The notes below the pieces were generated by a model, which saw only the letters and a program-made list of their open reading frames with translations, did no database searches and had not been told where the DNA came from. A stretch of 64,000 nucleotides of DNA from an uncultured Planctomycetia bacterium (lineage in GTDB: Bacteria; Planctomycetota; Planctomycetia; Pirellulales; Thermoguttaceae). A program made the position numbers and the translations under genes. The stretch covers positions 55,353 through 119,352 of the forward strand of contig CAWBRF010000037.1 in assembly GCA_963791075.1 (NCBI GenBank), in the 5' to 3' direction. Shown here piece by piece: positions 50,372 through 59,581 of this stretch (the stretch's first letter is position 1; each line of letters starts with the position of its first letter).

Positions 50372-51118
50372 GAAGTTCTGCGCTGTGTTCCTGATTGGGC
50401 ACGTCGGCCGATGAATCATATCCTGTGCGACGGGCGACACGCCCGGACGGCACGAATGGGTGACTATCAGTGCGCGTTTTTCAAGAAATGAGGGAGCGAC
50501 GAAAACCGATGGAACGCACAACGCGGCGGCAGCCATCCATGCCGAGGCATTTCGGCGAATCCATTCGCCGACCAGGGGGCTCATTGCCGCCCCCTGGACC
50601 CCGGCTAGCCTCCCTCCGTTCCGGAGTTGTTGTCATTCCAGAAAAACCGAAAACCGGGGCCTTGTGCCATGCGCCACTACCCCAAAAACACAAAGGGCCG
50701 GATTCTGCGGTTCACCGCAGCCGATCTTCTGGCCGTGAAATGAGCATCCGGGCAGGCTGGGACGGCCTATCGGGTGGAAGAGTTCGCCCGGCTCCGCCGG
50801 GCACATACACGCCCTCCTTTCTGGTCCCTTGGCGTCCGGTCCTGTTTCCCTCTGCAACTACGCCGCCGCCGCGTCCCTTCGACTGCCCAGACCCAGCGCC
50901 AGGCATGTCTGACGCGGCAGCAGCACGATTCCGTTGTCGATGTGGCCGGCGGTCGGTCCACTGCCGCCAAGCCGCCCTGCTGCATGACGCAACGGGGCCG
51001 GGCACAAGGCCAGTGTTGGCAACGATGATGCTGGCAGGCGCCCGCCATCACGGCAGTACGAGGCTGTAGTGGGCTATTGCGGCCGTTTGCCGGTACAACC
51101 TGACTTCGCGGGACTAGA

Positions 51119-51669
51119 TCAGCCATCGAAGGTAATAAACTCGGCTGGCACCCGATCAGCTAGCCAAACCTTTTCGTTGCCCTCGTAGAAACGGACCCCG
51201 CTGGCGTGGGCGTCTCGCGCAAGACCCGCAGAATCACTGGCTGTGGCGATTTTCGGCGGCCAACCTCCGCCGCTGTTGCTGCATCAACGGACAGGTGAAC
51301 ATACTGCCGACCCATTGGCAACAGCCCCGACGATCTGATGCACGAGACATTGGCTGGGGCCGTCCCGTGATAAAGCAGGTCCGGCGGAATGGCGGGTGTC
51401 TCACGCAGTCGGACGGGAATAGAGTGGCCGTAAAGGGCGCGAATCCTGCCGTCGCTGATTTCGTGACGGCGCTTAGAGGACACTGCGATCATGTCGGCAA
51501 GATCAGCCTCCGCAAGGTTGCTCCATTCGCGCCGCTCACCCCGGAGAGCACTCAAGACACCATCGACCGATGTCCACCCTTCCTCGTCAAGCTCTAGCTC
51601 GTAAAGCCACGGCGCATGGCGGAGGGCATGAGAGACGGCCCGGCTCAAATCGGTTAAGTTGACTCCCAT
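51119..51669 (-). CDS. kptA: RNA 2'-phosphotransferase (Tpt1/KptA family); frame-broken near the 3' end
   Basis: MGVNLTDLSRAVSHALRHAPWLYELELDEEGWTSVDGVL...LLYHGT...YVHLS. The last ~30 codons (ARDAHASGVRFYEGNEKVWLADRVPAEFITFDG) read in another frame (change ~51222). Stop at 51121-51119. Confidence 0.8.
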
Positions 51670-52064
51670 GAACCGGCTTCCTCCGGGACCGACTCCCAAG
51701 ACTCCGCGACTAACTCGAAACAACCCGCGCTGTCGAGGTAGATCATGTAATGGTGCATTTCCCATTTGTCCCGCCAAGCCTCGCTCGTATCCGCTCTCAG
51801 TTCATCGACCCACGATGAGTTACGAATCTCCACTAGTGTATCATAAACCTCTTGAATGTGCCATTCCGTGCAGCACCGCTCGGAACGGGTTCGAGTTGCC
51901 AAAACTCGCTTGAAACGAATCCCGCTACGTTGAGCAACCCCGTTGCGGCGATAAGTGAACCGAATCGCTGGAAGACCGCCAGACAGACATAGGCTCGCAT
52001 CAGCCGAAAAGTTTGTCGATGGCACCGGGGTCTTGTAAAGCGGTATCTTGGAATTCATGGTCAT
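51654..52064 (-). CDS. hypothetical 136-aa protein, immunity-protein-like by position
   Basis: Overlaps the upstream gene by 4 nt (ATGA) and the kptA start by 16 nt. Contains ..CCTEWHIQEVYDTLVEIRNSSWVDEL...WEMHHYMIYLDSAGCFELVAESWE. No family named with confidence. Confidence 0.5.
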   Translation of the reverse strand: MTMNSKIPLYKTPVPSTNFSADASLCLSGGLPAIRFTYRRNGVAQRSGIRFKRVLATRTRSERCCTEWHIQEVYDTLVEIRNSSWVDELRADTSEAWRDKWEMHHYMIYLDSAGCFELVAESWESVPEEAGSWEST

Positions 52065-52561
52065 TGTCCCCCCGTGGGCTCGACTGTGGGGGTGCCTTGG
52101 CTCGTCAGATGGTTGTTCTGGAGTTGGTTGGTCAAGCGTGCCTCTGCCGCAGCGTCACCCGTGACGTTGACCGCGTTCCATTGCGACCTGGGGATGCCTG
52201 CCCTCTGAAGAGCCTGTGCTGATCGGGTGTTGAGGATTAACGTGTTGCCATCGCGGACGATGTATTGGATGGGAACGTCGGCCGCCGTTAGGCCACCAGA
52301 TTGCAACGCACCTGCAACGTCGTCAATTGTTTGCCCCGCAAATGCGCCCTCTGCGCTGAACGTTTCACTAAAAGTCGTTTGAGCAAAGTTCGCATTTCCA
52401 AGAACACCTGACGCCAGTCGCAGCGGTATGGGCAGACCGGTGGCATTCTGCACCCCGATTTCGGCACTCCCCCAAAGGAGGTCCGCTCCTGCCGCCACCA
52501 TTCCACCGCCAGCTCTCAGGGTCGCCGCGGCCGGCAAGAAGAAAGCAAGCTGGCCCACCAT
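52061..52561 (-). CDS. hypothetical 166-aa protein resembling a polymorphic-toxin C-terminal/adaptor module
   Basis: ..FSETFSAEGAFAGQTIDDVAGALQSGGLTAADVPIQYIVRDGNTLILNTRSAQALQRAGIPRSQWNAVNVTGD... This pattern is recalled from toxin-associated modules. I cannot name the family. Confidence 0.45.
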   Translation of the reverse strand: MVGQLAFFLPAAATLRAGGGMVAAGADLLWGSAEIGVQNATGLPIPLRLASGVLGNANFAQTTFSETFSAEGAFAGQTIDDVAGALQSGGLTAADVPIQYIVRDGNTLILNTRSAQALQRAGIPRSQWNAVNVTGDAAAEARLTNQLQNNHLTSQGTPTVEPTGGQ

Positions 52562-52627
52562 TGCGCCCGTCGATGCCCCGCCACCGAGAACGACGGTGCT
52601 GCTACTCCCCCATTTTTCCTCTCATTG

Positions 52628-53125
52628 TCAGTGTGTCCCTGAATTTCCTCTTTCGCTTGCCTCGGCGATATTCCAAAGCCTAACGGTGGGGCAATATGTT
52701 GGGGGCCTAAAATAGCCTATAGCGACCACACGGTTGTCGGGCGATATCGCCAAAGTGCTGCCATAGCCCCACCTTCCCCTAAGGCCGCAAATCATCGTCG
52801 TGCGGTTGAGATCCCATGCATGGATGACATTCTCACGGAGGACCACGAGTAGTGACCCATCGGCCGAAACTCGAAGCCTCCGCGCTGGAACACCGTCGCC
52901 TTTCTCCAAGTATCTCCGTTCTTCACTGCGCAACTCCCATGATATTATATCACCTTCCCCCGTTCCAAGAATCACCCGGTCGTACGCTGACAAAAGCTGC
53001 GTATAGGTCTTACTCGAATCTATTTTTCCGATCCTATTCTCTGTGGGGACGACAAAAGGGGTCGGGAGTCGTTGATTTGCCCAAGCCAGCAGTGGCACGC
53101 CGCGCCCATCCCGCTCCGCCCTCAC
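52628..53125 (-). CDS. WD40-like repeat fragment (about 3 blades), probably a gene remnant
   Basis: ..ENVIHAWDLN.., ..TLAISPDNRVVAIG.., ..TVRLWNI... The annotated N-terminus overlaps the repeat element at 53045-53125. Confidence 0.35.
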   Translation of the reverse strand: MRAERDGRGVPLLAWANQRLPTPFVVPTENRIGKIDSSKTYTQLLSAYDRVILGTGEGDIISWELRSEERRYLEKGDGVPARRLRVSADGSLLVVLRENVIHAWDLNRTTMICGLRGRWGYGSTLAISPDNRVVAIGYFRPPTYCPTVRLWNIAEASERGNSGTH

Positions 53126-53154
53126 CCTGACCCTCTCCCGGAGGGAGAGGGGAC
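53045..53154. repeat. composite repeat, right copy, inverted relative to 50265-50346
   Basis: 53045-53078 (ggggacgacaaaaggggtcgggagtcgttgattt) is the reverse complement of the 50317-50346 box with 1 substitution and 3 inserted nt. 53118-53154 is the long GC palindromic element. Confidence 0.65.
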
Positions 53155-53161
53155 CAATTCG

Positions 53162-54046
53162 CTACGGCTTCGCCGGGAAAAGCGGCCGCAAATACTTCAG
53201 GTCCGCGGTGTAATCCGCCACAACGCCGTGCGGCGTCGCCGCTTCCAAGTGTATCCAACCGCTGTACTCAATGTCGTCCAGCGCCCGGCGGACCGCCTTG
53301 AAGTCGATCCGCCCATGGCCGAGCATGTAGCCGGCGTCCTTGAAGTGGAACTGGCAAATCCGCTTGCCGAGGAGGCGAATCTCGCGGAGGATGTCGCGGC
53401 CCTTGTCCGTCGAATTGCCCACGTCGTAGTAGACCTTGACCGCCGACGAACCGACGCGGTCGAGAATCCGCAGGTTGTCCTCGGCGCTGAGATAATTTTC
53501 CAGGCCGATCGCCACGCCCAACTCCTCCGCCTTCGGGGCGACGTCCTTGAGGACCTTCACCACGCGGTCGATCTCGCCGGTCTTTTGCATGTCGAGTTCG
53601 CCGGGCCCGAAGAAGGCGGGCATGACCAGCGTCAAGTTCATCGCCTTGGCGGCGTCGAGGCTTTCGGCCAGCCACTGGGCGGCCGTGGGATTGTTCTTCA
53701 GCGGCACGCTGTTGAGTTCGCCCAGCGCGATCGAGGCGATTTCCAGCCCCGTCCGCTTGGCGGCCTGGAGATACTCTTGCTGCACCTTGGCGTCGCGAAG
53801 GTGGCGATTGCTCTTCGTGCAGAACTCGGCCTGAATGCCGTCCAGCCCGATCTGCTTGGCTACATCGAATGCGCCGATGTTGCAGCGTTTGCCCAGCGAC
53901 CAATCGCACCCGCCGATTTTGAACCATCGCGGCGCAGGCGCGGCGAAGAGAAGGCTGAATTGCGACGCGGCCGCGGCGAAAGCGGCTGCCTGGGCCGATC
54001 GCCGCAGGAGCGTTCGACGCGTGATTTTCTGTTCGCTTGGATTCAT
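53162..54046 (-). CDS. sugar phosphate isomerase/epimerase (xylose isomerase-like TIM barrel) with a Tat-type signal
   Basis: C-terminal 294 codons of ORF 53162..55327, from ATG 54046 (MNPSEQKITRRTLLRRSAQAAAFAAAAS...). Also carries ..GLENY.. and ..FHFKD... Confidence 0.7.
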   Translation of the reverse strand: MNPSEQKITRRTLLRRSAQAAAFAAAASQFSLLFAAPAPRWFKIGGCDWSLGKRCNIGAFDVAKQIGLDGIQAEFCTKSNRHLRDAKVQQEYLQAAKRTGLEIASIALGELNSVPLKNNPTAAQWLAESLDAAKAMNLTLVMPAFFGPGELDMQKTGEIDRVVKVLKDVAPKAEELGVAIGLENYLSAEDNLRILDRVGSSAVKVYYDVGNSTDKGRDILREIRLLGKRICQFHFKDAGYMLGHGRIDFKAVRRALDDIEYSGWIHLEAATPHGVVADYTADLKYLRPLFPAKP

Positions 54047-54081
54047 GGTTTCACCCGGGATGGCTCTTGCATTTTCTCGCG

Positions 54082-55554
54082 CTAAAACGAGAGCAAAACT
54101 TGCCAAATGAACACGTTGGCCAGGGAATCGATGTCCTCCCAGACCCGCTTGACGATGGCTTCGTCGCCGGGGATGGCGGGCAGCGATTGGCGATGCCGCT
54201 GCCACGGCTCGCACAGGCCGCGCGGCGTCCCCCGGCCGTTGCTCAAGAACGCCGCCGGCCCCTCCGCGCCGCGCGAACGGGCCGGCGGCGGCCCCGCCGC
54301 AAGCGAACTTCCCGAGGAATACACCCCATACTCGCGCGTAAAATCGGTCAGCGCGCGGACGTTCTCCACGCGGGCGTCGTTCTGGATGATCGCGCCGGCG
54401 TCCATGATGTATCCGCCGTTGCCGGCCACGGCGTCGATGACCTTCTTGCAGCACTGGCGGACCTGCTCCGGCGTTCCCGTGCCGAGCAGGTAGTTGGGAA
54501 TGCCGCCGCTCAAGCAGAACTTCTCGCCCAGCGCGCGATGCGCCTTGACGACGTCGCCCTGATCGACGTGATAGACCATGCTGCCGGCCGGCAACTCGGC
54601 GAACGATTCGAGGTGATGGTCCCACTTGCCCTCGGCGTAGAAGAGCGTCTGACAGCCGTCGGCCCAAAGCTCCTCGATGATCGGCTTGACCGTGGCCCAG
54701 TAGACGTTCTTGAAGATCTCCGGCGAAACGAAGGGGACGCCGCCGCGGTGCATCCAGTAGCCGATGGGGAGGAGGTGGTTTGGATCGGCGGTCGTGCGGG
54801 CGACGTGGTAGAGGTGCGGCATCAAGGCTTCGCAGGCCGCCACGACCTTGTCGCGCCGCTCGAACAAGTCCTCGACCAGCCCGAGGTATCCGCGCAGCTT
54901 GTCGGCGAGGATGTCCATCGGGGCCTTGAAAATTCCCGCAATCGCCGACGCGGTCCCCGATTCGGCCCGCAGGCGGGCGATCTGCGCGCCGAACGCCATG
55001 AAGTATTGCAGCATCGCCATGCCGCTCTTGACCAGGGCGACGTTGCTCGCGGCGGTGGCCGGTTCGCCGGGAGCGCAAATGCAGGTCGAAACCCGCGGCA
55101 GCCAGACATTTAACAAGAACCCGGTCGGATCTTCGATCAACCGATCGTATTCGTCGGCGCGCATGAACTCGCCGCCGGCGGGCGGCTCGCGATATTGGAA
55201 GCCCGTGCCCGCGGGAATGTGGATTCCCGGTATCCCGTAATACTTCAGCCCCAGGGCCTGCGCCAAGCCAGTCCAGACGTAGACCATGTTCGGCACGACG
55301 GCGTCCCAATCGAAGTCGGCGGCGCACTTCCGCGCGGCGTCGAAGGCGAGATTGTAGTCGTGGGCCAATTCCTGGCAGGTGTAGCCGGCGTAGACCCCGG
55401 TGAACTCGGCGACAAACGGCCGGATCGGGATCATGTCCGGCTTGCCGTTCCGCATCGCCGTCACGTAGCGGTTCAGCCGGCGTTGATAGCGGGCCTCCAT
55501 GTCCGACTCTTGACGCGTCGCGGGCGAAACAGCAGTCATTGGACGATGCCTCAT
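54082..55554 (-). CDS. uroporphyrinogen decarboxylase (URO-D)-family protein
   Basis: 490-aa intact ORF with overall URO-D/MtaA-like pattern (..DMIPIRPF.., ..LSGGIPN..). The start may be the internal Met near 55500. Confidence 0.5.
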   Translation of the reverse strand: MRHRPMTAVSPATRQESDMEARYQRRLNRYVTAMRNGKPDMIPIRPFVAEFTGVYAGYTCQELAHDYNLAFDAARKCAADFDWDAVVPNMVYVWTGLAQALGLKYYGIPGIHIPAGTGFQYREPPAGGEFMRADEYDRLIEDPTGFLLNVWLPRVSTCICAPGEPATAASNVALVKSGMAMLQYFMAFGAQIARLRAESGTASAIAGIFKAPMDILADKLRGYLGLVEDLFERRDKVVAACEALMPHLYHVARTTADPNHLLPIGYWMHRGGVPFVSPEIFKNVYWATVKPIIEELWADGCQTLFYAEGKWDHHLESFAELPAGSMVYHVDQGDVVKAHRALGEKFCLSGGIPNYLLGTGTPEQVRQCCKKVIDAVAGNGGYIMDAGAIIQNDARVENVRALTDFTREYGVYSSGSSLAAGPPPARSRGAEGPAAFLSNGRGTPRGLCEPWQRHRQSLPAIPGDEAIVKRVWEDIDSLANVFIWQVLLSF

Positions 55555-55641
55555 TTTTTGGGGGAAAACGACGCTATAAGAAAAAGTCTATCGCGGGGGA
55601 CGGCTGCGTTCAAGTCGGTTGATGGCCAACGCCGCCTTTTT

Positions 55642-56073
55642 TCACTCGCTCGCCGGCTCGCCGCGGTCCTTCTCCAAGATCACGCGGTTGCCTTCGGCGC
55701 TGTACTCCACCCGCGACATGAACGCCCGCATCAACATCACGCCGCGGCCGCAGGCCTCGTGCAGACGCTCGGGACAGGTCGGGTCGGGCACCGAACGCGG
55801 ATCGAAACCGCAGCCCTCGTCGGTGATCTCGACGCGGACGCGATCGGGAGAAACCTGGCAACTCACCCGCACCGTCTTGTCCGCCGCCAGCCGGTTGCCG
55901 TGATGGATGGCGTTGACCAGGGCCTCTTCCACCGCCAAATTGACGCTGAAGATGTCGCTCTGTCGCCAGTGCTGAAGCTCGAGCTGATCGAGCAACTCGT
56001 CCACCACCCGGCGGCCGGCCGCGGGGTCGCTGGGAATCACATGTTCGCTTCCCCAAATCCAATGCTCGGACAT
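55642..56073 (-). CDS. anti-sigma regulatory factor (RsbW/SpoIIAB-type Ser kinase, HATPase_c)
   Basis: ..AVEEALVNAIHHGN..., ..VEITDEGCGFDP.., ..GRGVMLMRAFM... Confidence 0.75.
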   Translation of the reverse strand: MSEHWIWGSEHVIPSDPAAGRRVVDELLDQLELQHWRQSDIFSVNLAVEEALVNAIHHGNRLAADKTVRVSCQVSPDRVRVEITDEGCGFDPRSVPDPTCPERLHEACGRGVMLMRAFMSRVEYSAEGNRVILEKDRGEPASE

Positions 56074-56112
56074 GGTTAGCAGGGTCTTATCGCGTCCGCG
56101 CGGCAGGTTTCG

Positions 56113-56466
56113 CTAAAAGGACGCCAAGGCGTCCGCCTCGTCGTCCTTGATGTCGAAGAGGCGGTTCAATCGGGTGATCGTAAAGACCTCGTAAATTTCC
56201 GGCCGGATGTTGGACAGCTTCAGCACGCCGCCGTGCGCCTTCACCTTCTTGTCCAAGGTGATCAGCTTGCCCAAGGCGGCGCTGGAAAGGAAATCGACCG
56301 TGGAGAAATTCAACAGCAACTTGTCGCGATTCTCGATCTCGACGAGTTGGAACATTTCCGCGCCCAATTCCTGGATGCTGATGTCCTCGACAATTTTGTG
56401 ATCGCGAAAGCGGACCACGGTCACGTCGCCGACTTGATTGACGTCCACGCGGCGGAAATTGGCCAT
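56113..56466 (-). CDS. STAS-domain anti-sigma-factor antagonist
   Basis: 117 aa. ..LLLNFSTVDFLSSAALGKLITL.. carries the phosphorylatable Ser context. Downstream is ..IYEVFTITRLNRLFDI... Confidence 0.75.
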   Translation of the reverse strand: MANFRRVDVNQVGDVTVVRFRDHKIVEDISIQELGAEMFQLVEIENRDKLLLNFSTVDFLSSAALGKLITLDKKVKAHGGVLKLSNIRPEIYEVFTITRLNRLFDIKDDEADALASF

Positions 56467-56661
56467 CAGGCGAGACTCCTTGTTATTCCATGGCAGGATT
56501 CGGCGCGGGCGGTCCCCGCTCCTTCCTACGCTAATCCTAGTTTGCCGCTCGGGGGGGTGTCAAGGGGGGAGAACTCGCAGCGGTCCGGCGGCCTGCCCCT
56601 GTTCCGCGCACCAATTTTCCGTTCCGGAAGAGTGACGCAGCCGGATGCCAGACGCTATTTT

Positions 56662-56943
56662 TCAGCCTGCCGCAGGCTTCTCGTCGAGCGTCACGATCCG
56701 TTGCCCGGTGACCTCGGCGTAAAGGACGTCCGGATCCAGGTCGGCGCCGCCGGGCCAGCAGATCGCGCCAAGTTCCCGGTTCACTGCCAATTGGGCGAAC
56801 TCAACCGGATCGCGCAAAGGAGCAAAGACTCCCTCAAAACGAATGAGCCGCCCTAAATCGACAACCCCTTCGACGCCGTCTTCAAACCGCAGATAAGCCT
56901 TGTGCCCGTCCAACGCTCGGGCTTCCACAATGTCTTTCAACAT
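56662..56943 (-). CDS. DUF2442-family small protein
   Basis: 93 aa. ..LRFEDGVEGVVDL... ...AICWPGGADLDPDVLY.. is the typical DUF2442 pattern. Confidence 0.6.
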   Translation of the reverse strand: MLKDIVEARALDGHKAYLRFEDGVEGVVDLGRLIRFEGVFAPLRDPVEFAQLAVNRELGAICWPGGADLDPDVLYAEVTGQRIVTLDEKPAAG

Positions 56944-56946
56944 GAC

Positions 56947-57231
56947 TTATGGCTCCAGGGGATCAATCCTCTCCAATGGCAAATCTTGCCGTGCTCGTTC
57001 CCAGTCTTGTTTCAGTTCCGTTCTCCGCAACGCGGCCCATTCGATAACAAGCCCCATCACCCGTGGCGACAGATGGCCTTCCAAGACCGTTAGCCTGTCG
57101 ATGGAAATCAGCGCTTTCTGGCTCCCGTAACGAACGTGGAAATGGGGTGGCGCATGGTCATTGTAGTACATGCTGACGAGGACGCCGAAGAAACGGCTGA
57201 TTTCCGGCACAAAATCACCTCCCGCGGTCAC
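56947..57231 (-). CDS. DUF4160-family small protein
   Basis: ..ISRFFGVLVSMYYNDHAPPHFHVRYG.. is the DUF4160 hallmark. The start is uncertain (possibly GTG ~57210). Confidence 0.6.
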   Translation of the reverse strand: MTAGGDFVPEISRFFGVLVSMYYNDHAPPHFHVRYGSQKALISIDRLTVLEGHLSPRVMGLVIEWAALRRTELKQDWERARQDLPLERIDPLEP

Positions 57232-57322
57232 GGTTTCAATGACGTCTGCACAACCATTCTACCCTCTTCCGAGCGGGCCGAAAAGGCGGTACAATGGCGT
57301 GCACCAATCACCGAGCCAAACC

Positions 57323-57538
57323 ATGCTCGCCAAACTCCAGACGTATTCCCTGGTCGGCATCGACGCCCTGCCGGTCGAGGTCGAGGTGGACGTCTCGCCC
57401 AGCGGCCTGCCGAAACAAATCCTCGTCGGCCTGCCCGAGGCGGCGGTCAAGGAAAGCGCCCATCGCGTCGAGCGGGCGATCGTCAATTCCGGCTTTCAAC
57501 GCCCGATGACCCGGGTGATCGTCAACCTTGCCCCGGCG
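57323..57538 (+). pseudogene. comM: 5' fragment of comM/yifB (Mg-chelatase-like ATPase), truncated by element insertion
   Basis: MLAKLQTYSLVGIDALPVEVEVDVSPSGLPKQILVGLPEAAVKESAHRVERAIVNSGFQRPMTRVIVNLAPA. Similarity stops where ComM would normally continue (D..K.G). Confidence 0.8.
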
Positions 57539-59455
57539 AGGTGCCCATTCGTAAAGTAATGGTTTCGCCGCTAACAGGCACGATTTCAACCCTGTCCAGG
57601 AAGCTTTTTCTAAGCATCCGCCGCCCTTTTTGGTCTGTATATCGGAAGTGGCACAAAATGCGGTCAATCACACCCCGCAACGCTTCCGTTTTCTGCCGTC
57701 CGCCCCCGCTTTTGCTGGTTGCTTTCAAGGCGTTGTCGTTCGCTGCGCGCCTCCCAACCAGTTCCGCCATTAGGTCGCTCCAAGGTACGCGCAGGTCTTC
57801 AGCTTGCTGACGTAGGTTGTCGATCTCGGCTTGCAACGCTTCCATTTTCTCATTGGCCCTGCCCCGGACTTTGGCGCTAAGGCCCCGGAAGTCCTCAACC
57901 ATCCCGTCAAGCTCGGCTTCCTTCGCTTGGACGGCCTTTTCGATACGGGGTCGGACGCGCTCATAAAGCAAGGCGTACACATCGTCAAAGGTTGGCCCGC
58001 TTTCTTGTGGCGGGTCATGTCATCTCGCCCGACGTGCTCCTCAACAAATTCGTGCATTTTGTCAAACGTCTCGGCGTACCTTTGCATCACGCCGCTGAAT
58101 TCAAACGCTACGGGGAGGGCCAAGCCAGGGTTCCCCGTCTCGGTTGCCTCCAGTAGTTGCCGTACCTTGGGGGCAGTCGCCTTCAGGTAGTCTAGGACGA
58201 TTCGCTCCAAGACATCGTGCGCGACACGGTGGCATCGACAACCAGCCGGGTTCGTCTGCCCATACGTTGCGTAGGTGCCGCATAGGTAGGAAGCGACAAG
58301 GTATGGCGTCGAATCGCCCCGACAAGCGCGCATCGGCTTCCCACATCCTCCGCAGATTAGAAAGGGCTTCAGCCACAATTCTTCCGTGTTGGGCGGTCGC
58401 TTCAGCCGCTTGCCTTGCTCTGTGCTGGCAACCTGTATCTTGGCTTGTACCTTCTCCCAAATCGGAAGCGGGACCATCGGCTTATATTCCGGCTTGTCGG
58501 GCTGGATGAAGTCGGCGGCAGTGCGCCGACGGTTGGCCGCGACGTGGCCATTGGTGCGAACTACTTCGCGCACTTTTCCGCCGACGCATTCCATGAATCG
58601 ACTGCCCGCCCGCTTGTTCCAAGTGGGCAAGCCGATGTACGCGGGATTTCGCAACATGCTCAACATTCCCGTTTTGTGCCAAGCCACGTTGAATATCGGA
58701 TCGACCTTCAGCGCGTTCATACGGTCGGCCAACATCCGCGGGCTGATGGCTTCCGTAGCGTACCACTTAAATGCCTGGACTGCCCACTTGACGCGCTCTG
58801 TTTCGATTGACGGCCGAATGCGCAGCGTATCGGTAGGGTCTTTGCGCGGCGCGTTGTCCTTCCCGTCGAACTGCTCCCGCTTCCCGTCGGGATAGACTTT
58901 CCACCGTTTGAAATGCCCGACGTACACCGTTCGCCACTTCTCGCGCCCGGCGGAATCAAAGCAAACCACGTCGCAACCAAACGGCGGGTAGCCCCCTTGG
59001 TATTCCCCCTTGGCAGCGTGTCCGATCTTGCCCGTGATGTTCCGGTGGGCTTTCTCTTTCTGTTCGCGCGTGCTGGTGATTGCGCCAAGCGTTCCGGTCA
59101 AGATTGAAACATCGTCATCGCCCGACAACACCTTGCCGTCAGCATCGACAAGGGCCGTCCCATGTTCGCGTAACAGGCTGATGAATTTTCCCCATTGGTA
59201 GGCGTCCGCCACTCCGAAGCGGTCTTGCCGATCTACCACGATTTTATCGAGCAAGCCGGCTTGAACCGCTTTCAAGAGGCGTTGAAAATCAGGGCGTTTG
59301 TCGGGCTGGTCGCGCGGGTTTTTTCCCTCCGCGTCCCGAAACCAGAATGCAATCGTGAAACCCGATGCTTTGATGCGCCGCTCCTGCCGCGCTGTTTCCT
59401 GCTTATCGGAAGACACCCTGATATAGGCCGCCGTCGCTCTGCCGTTCTCTCGCAT
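57522..59455 (-). CDS. large serine recombinase; one frame change
   Basis: N-terminal resolvase domain (AAYIRVSSDKQ.., ..VVDRQDRFGV). Recombinase and zinc-ribbon region (..CGGCGKPM..). The C-terminal coiled coil is in ORF 57522..57980 (change at the A/T run 57988-57990). The last ~5 codons read into comM sequence. Confidence 0.85.
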
Positions 59456-59581
59456 GGCTTAACCCTCTGGACATCTACAGTCTACCTTCCCTTGCCAGAA
59501 GCGGCAAATTTCCAAGGGGGTAACAGACCAGCAGGCGTCCCGTAAAATAGCGTCACGTATTCCATGATAAGAGATGTCATC

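Noticed and set aside
50470-51069. ORF 50470..51069 and overlapping ORFs as genes
   Set aside because: Their translations are Arg/Pro/Cys-rich with no motifs or start context. The region is reported instead as unexplained non-coding sequence.
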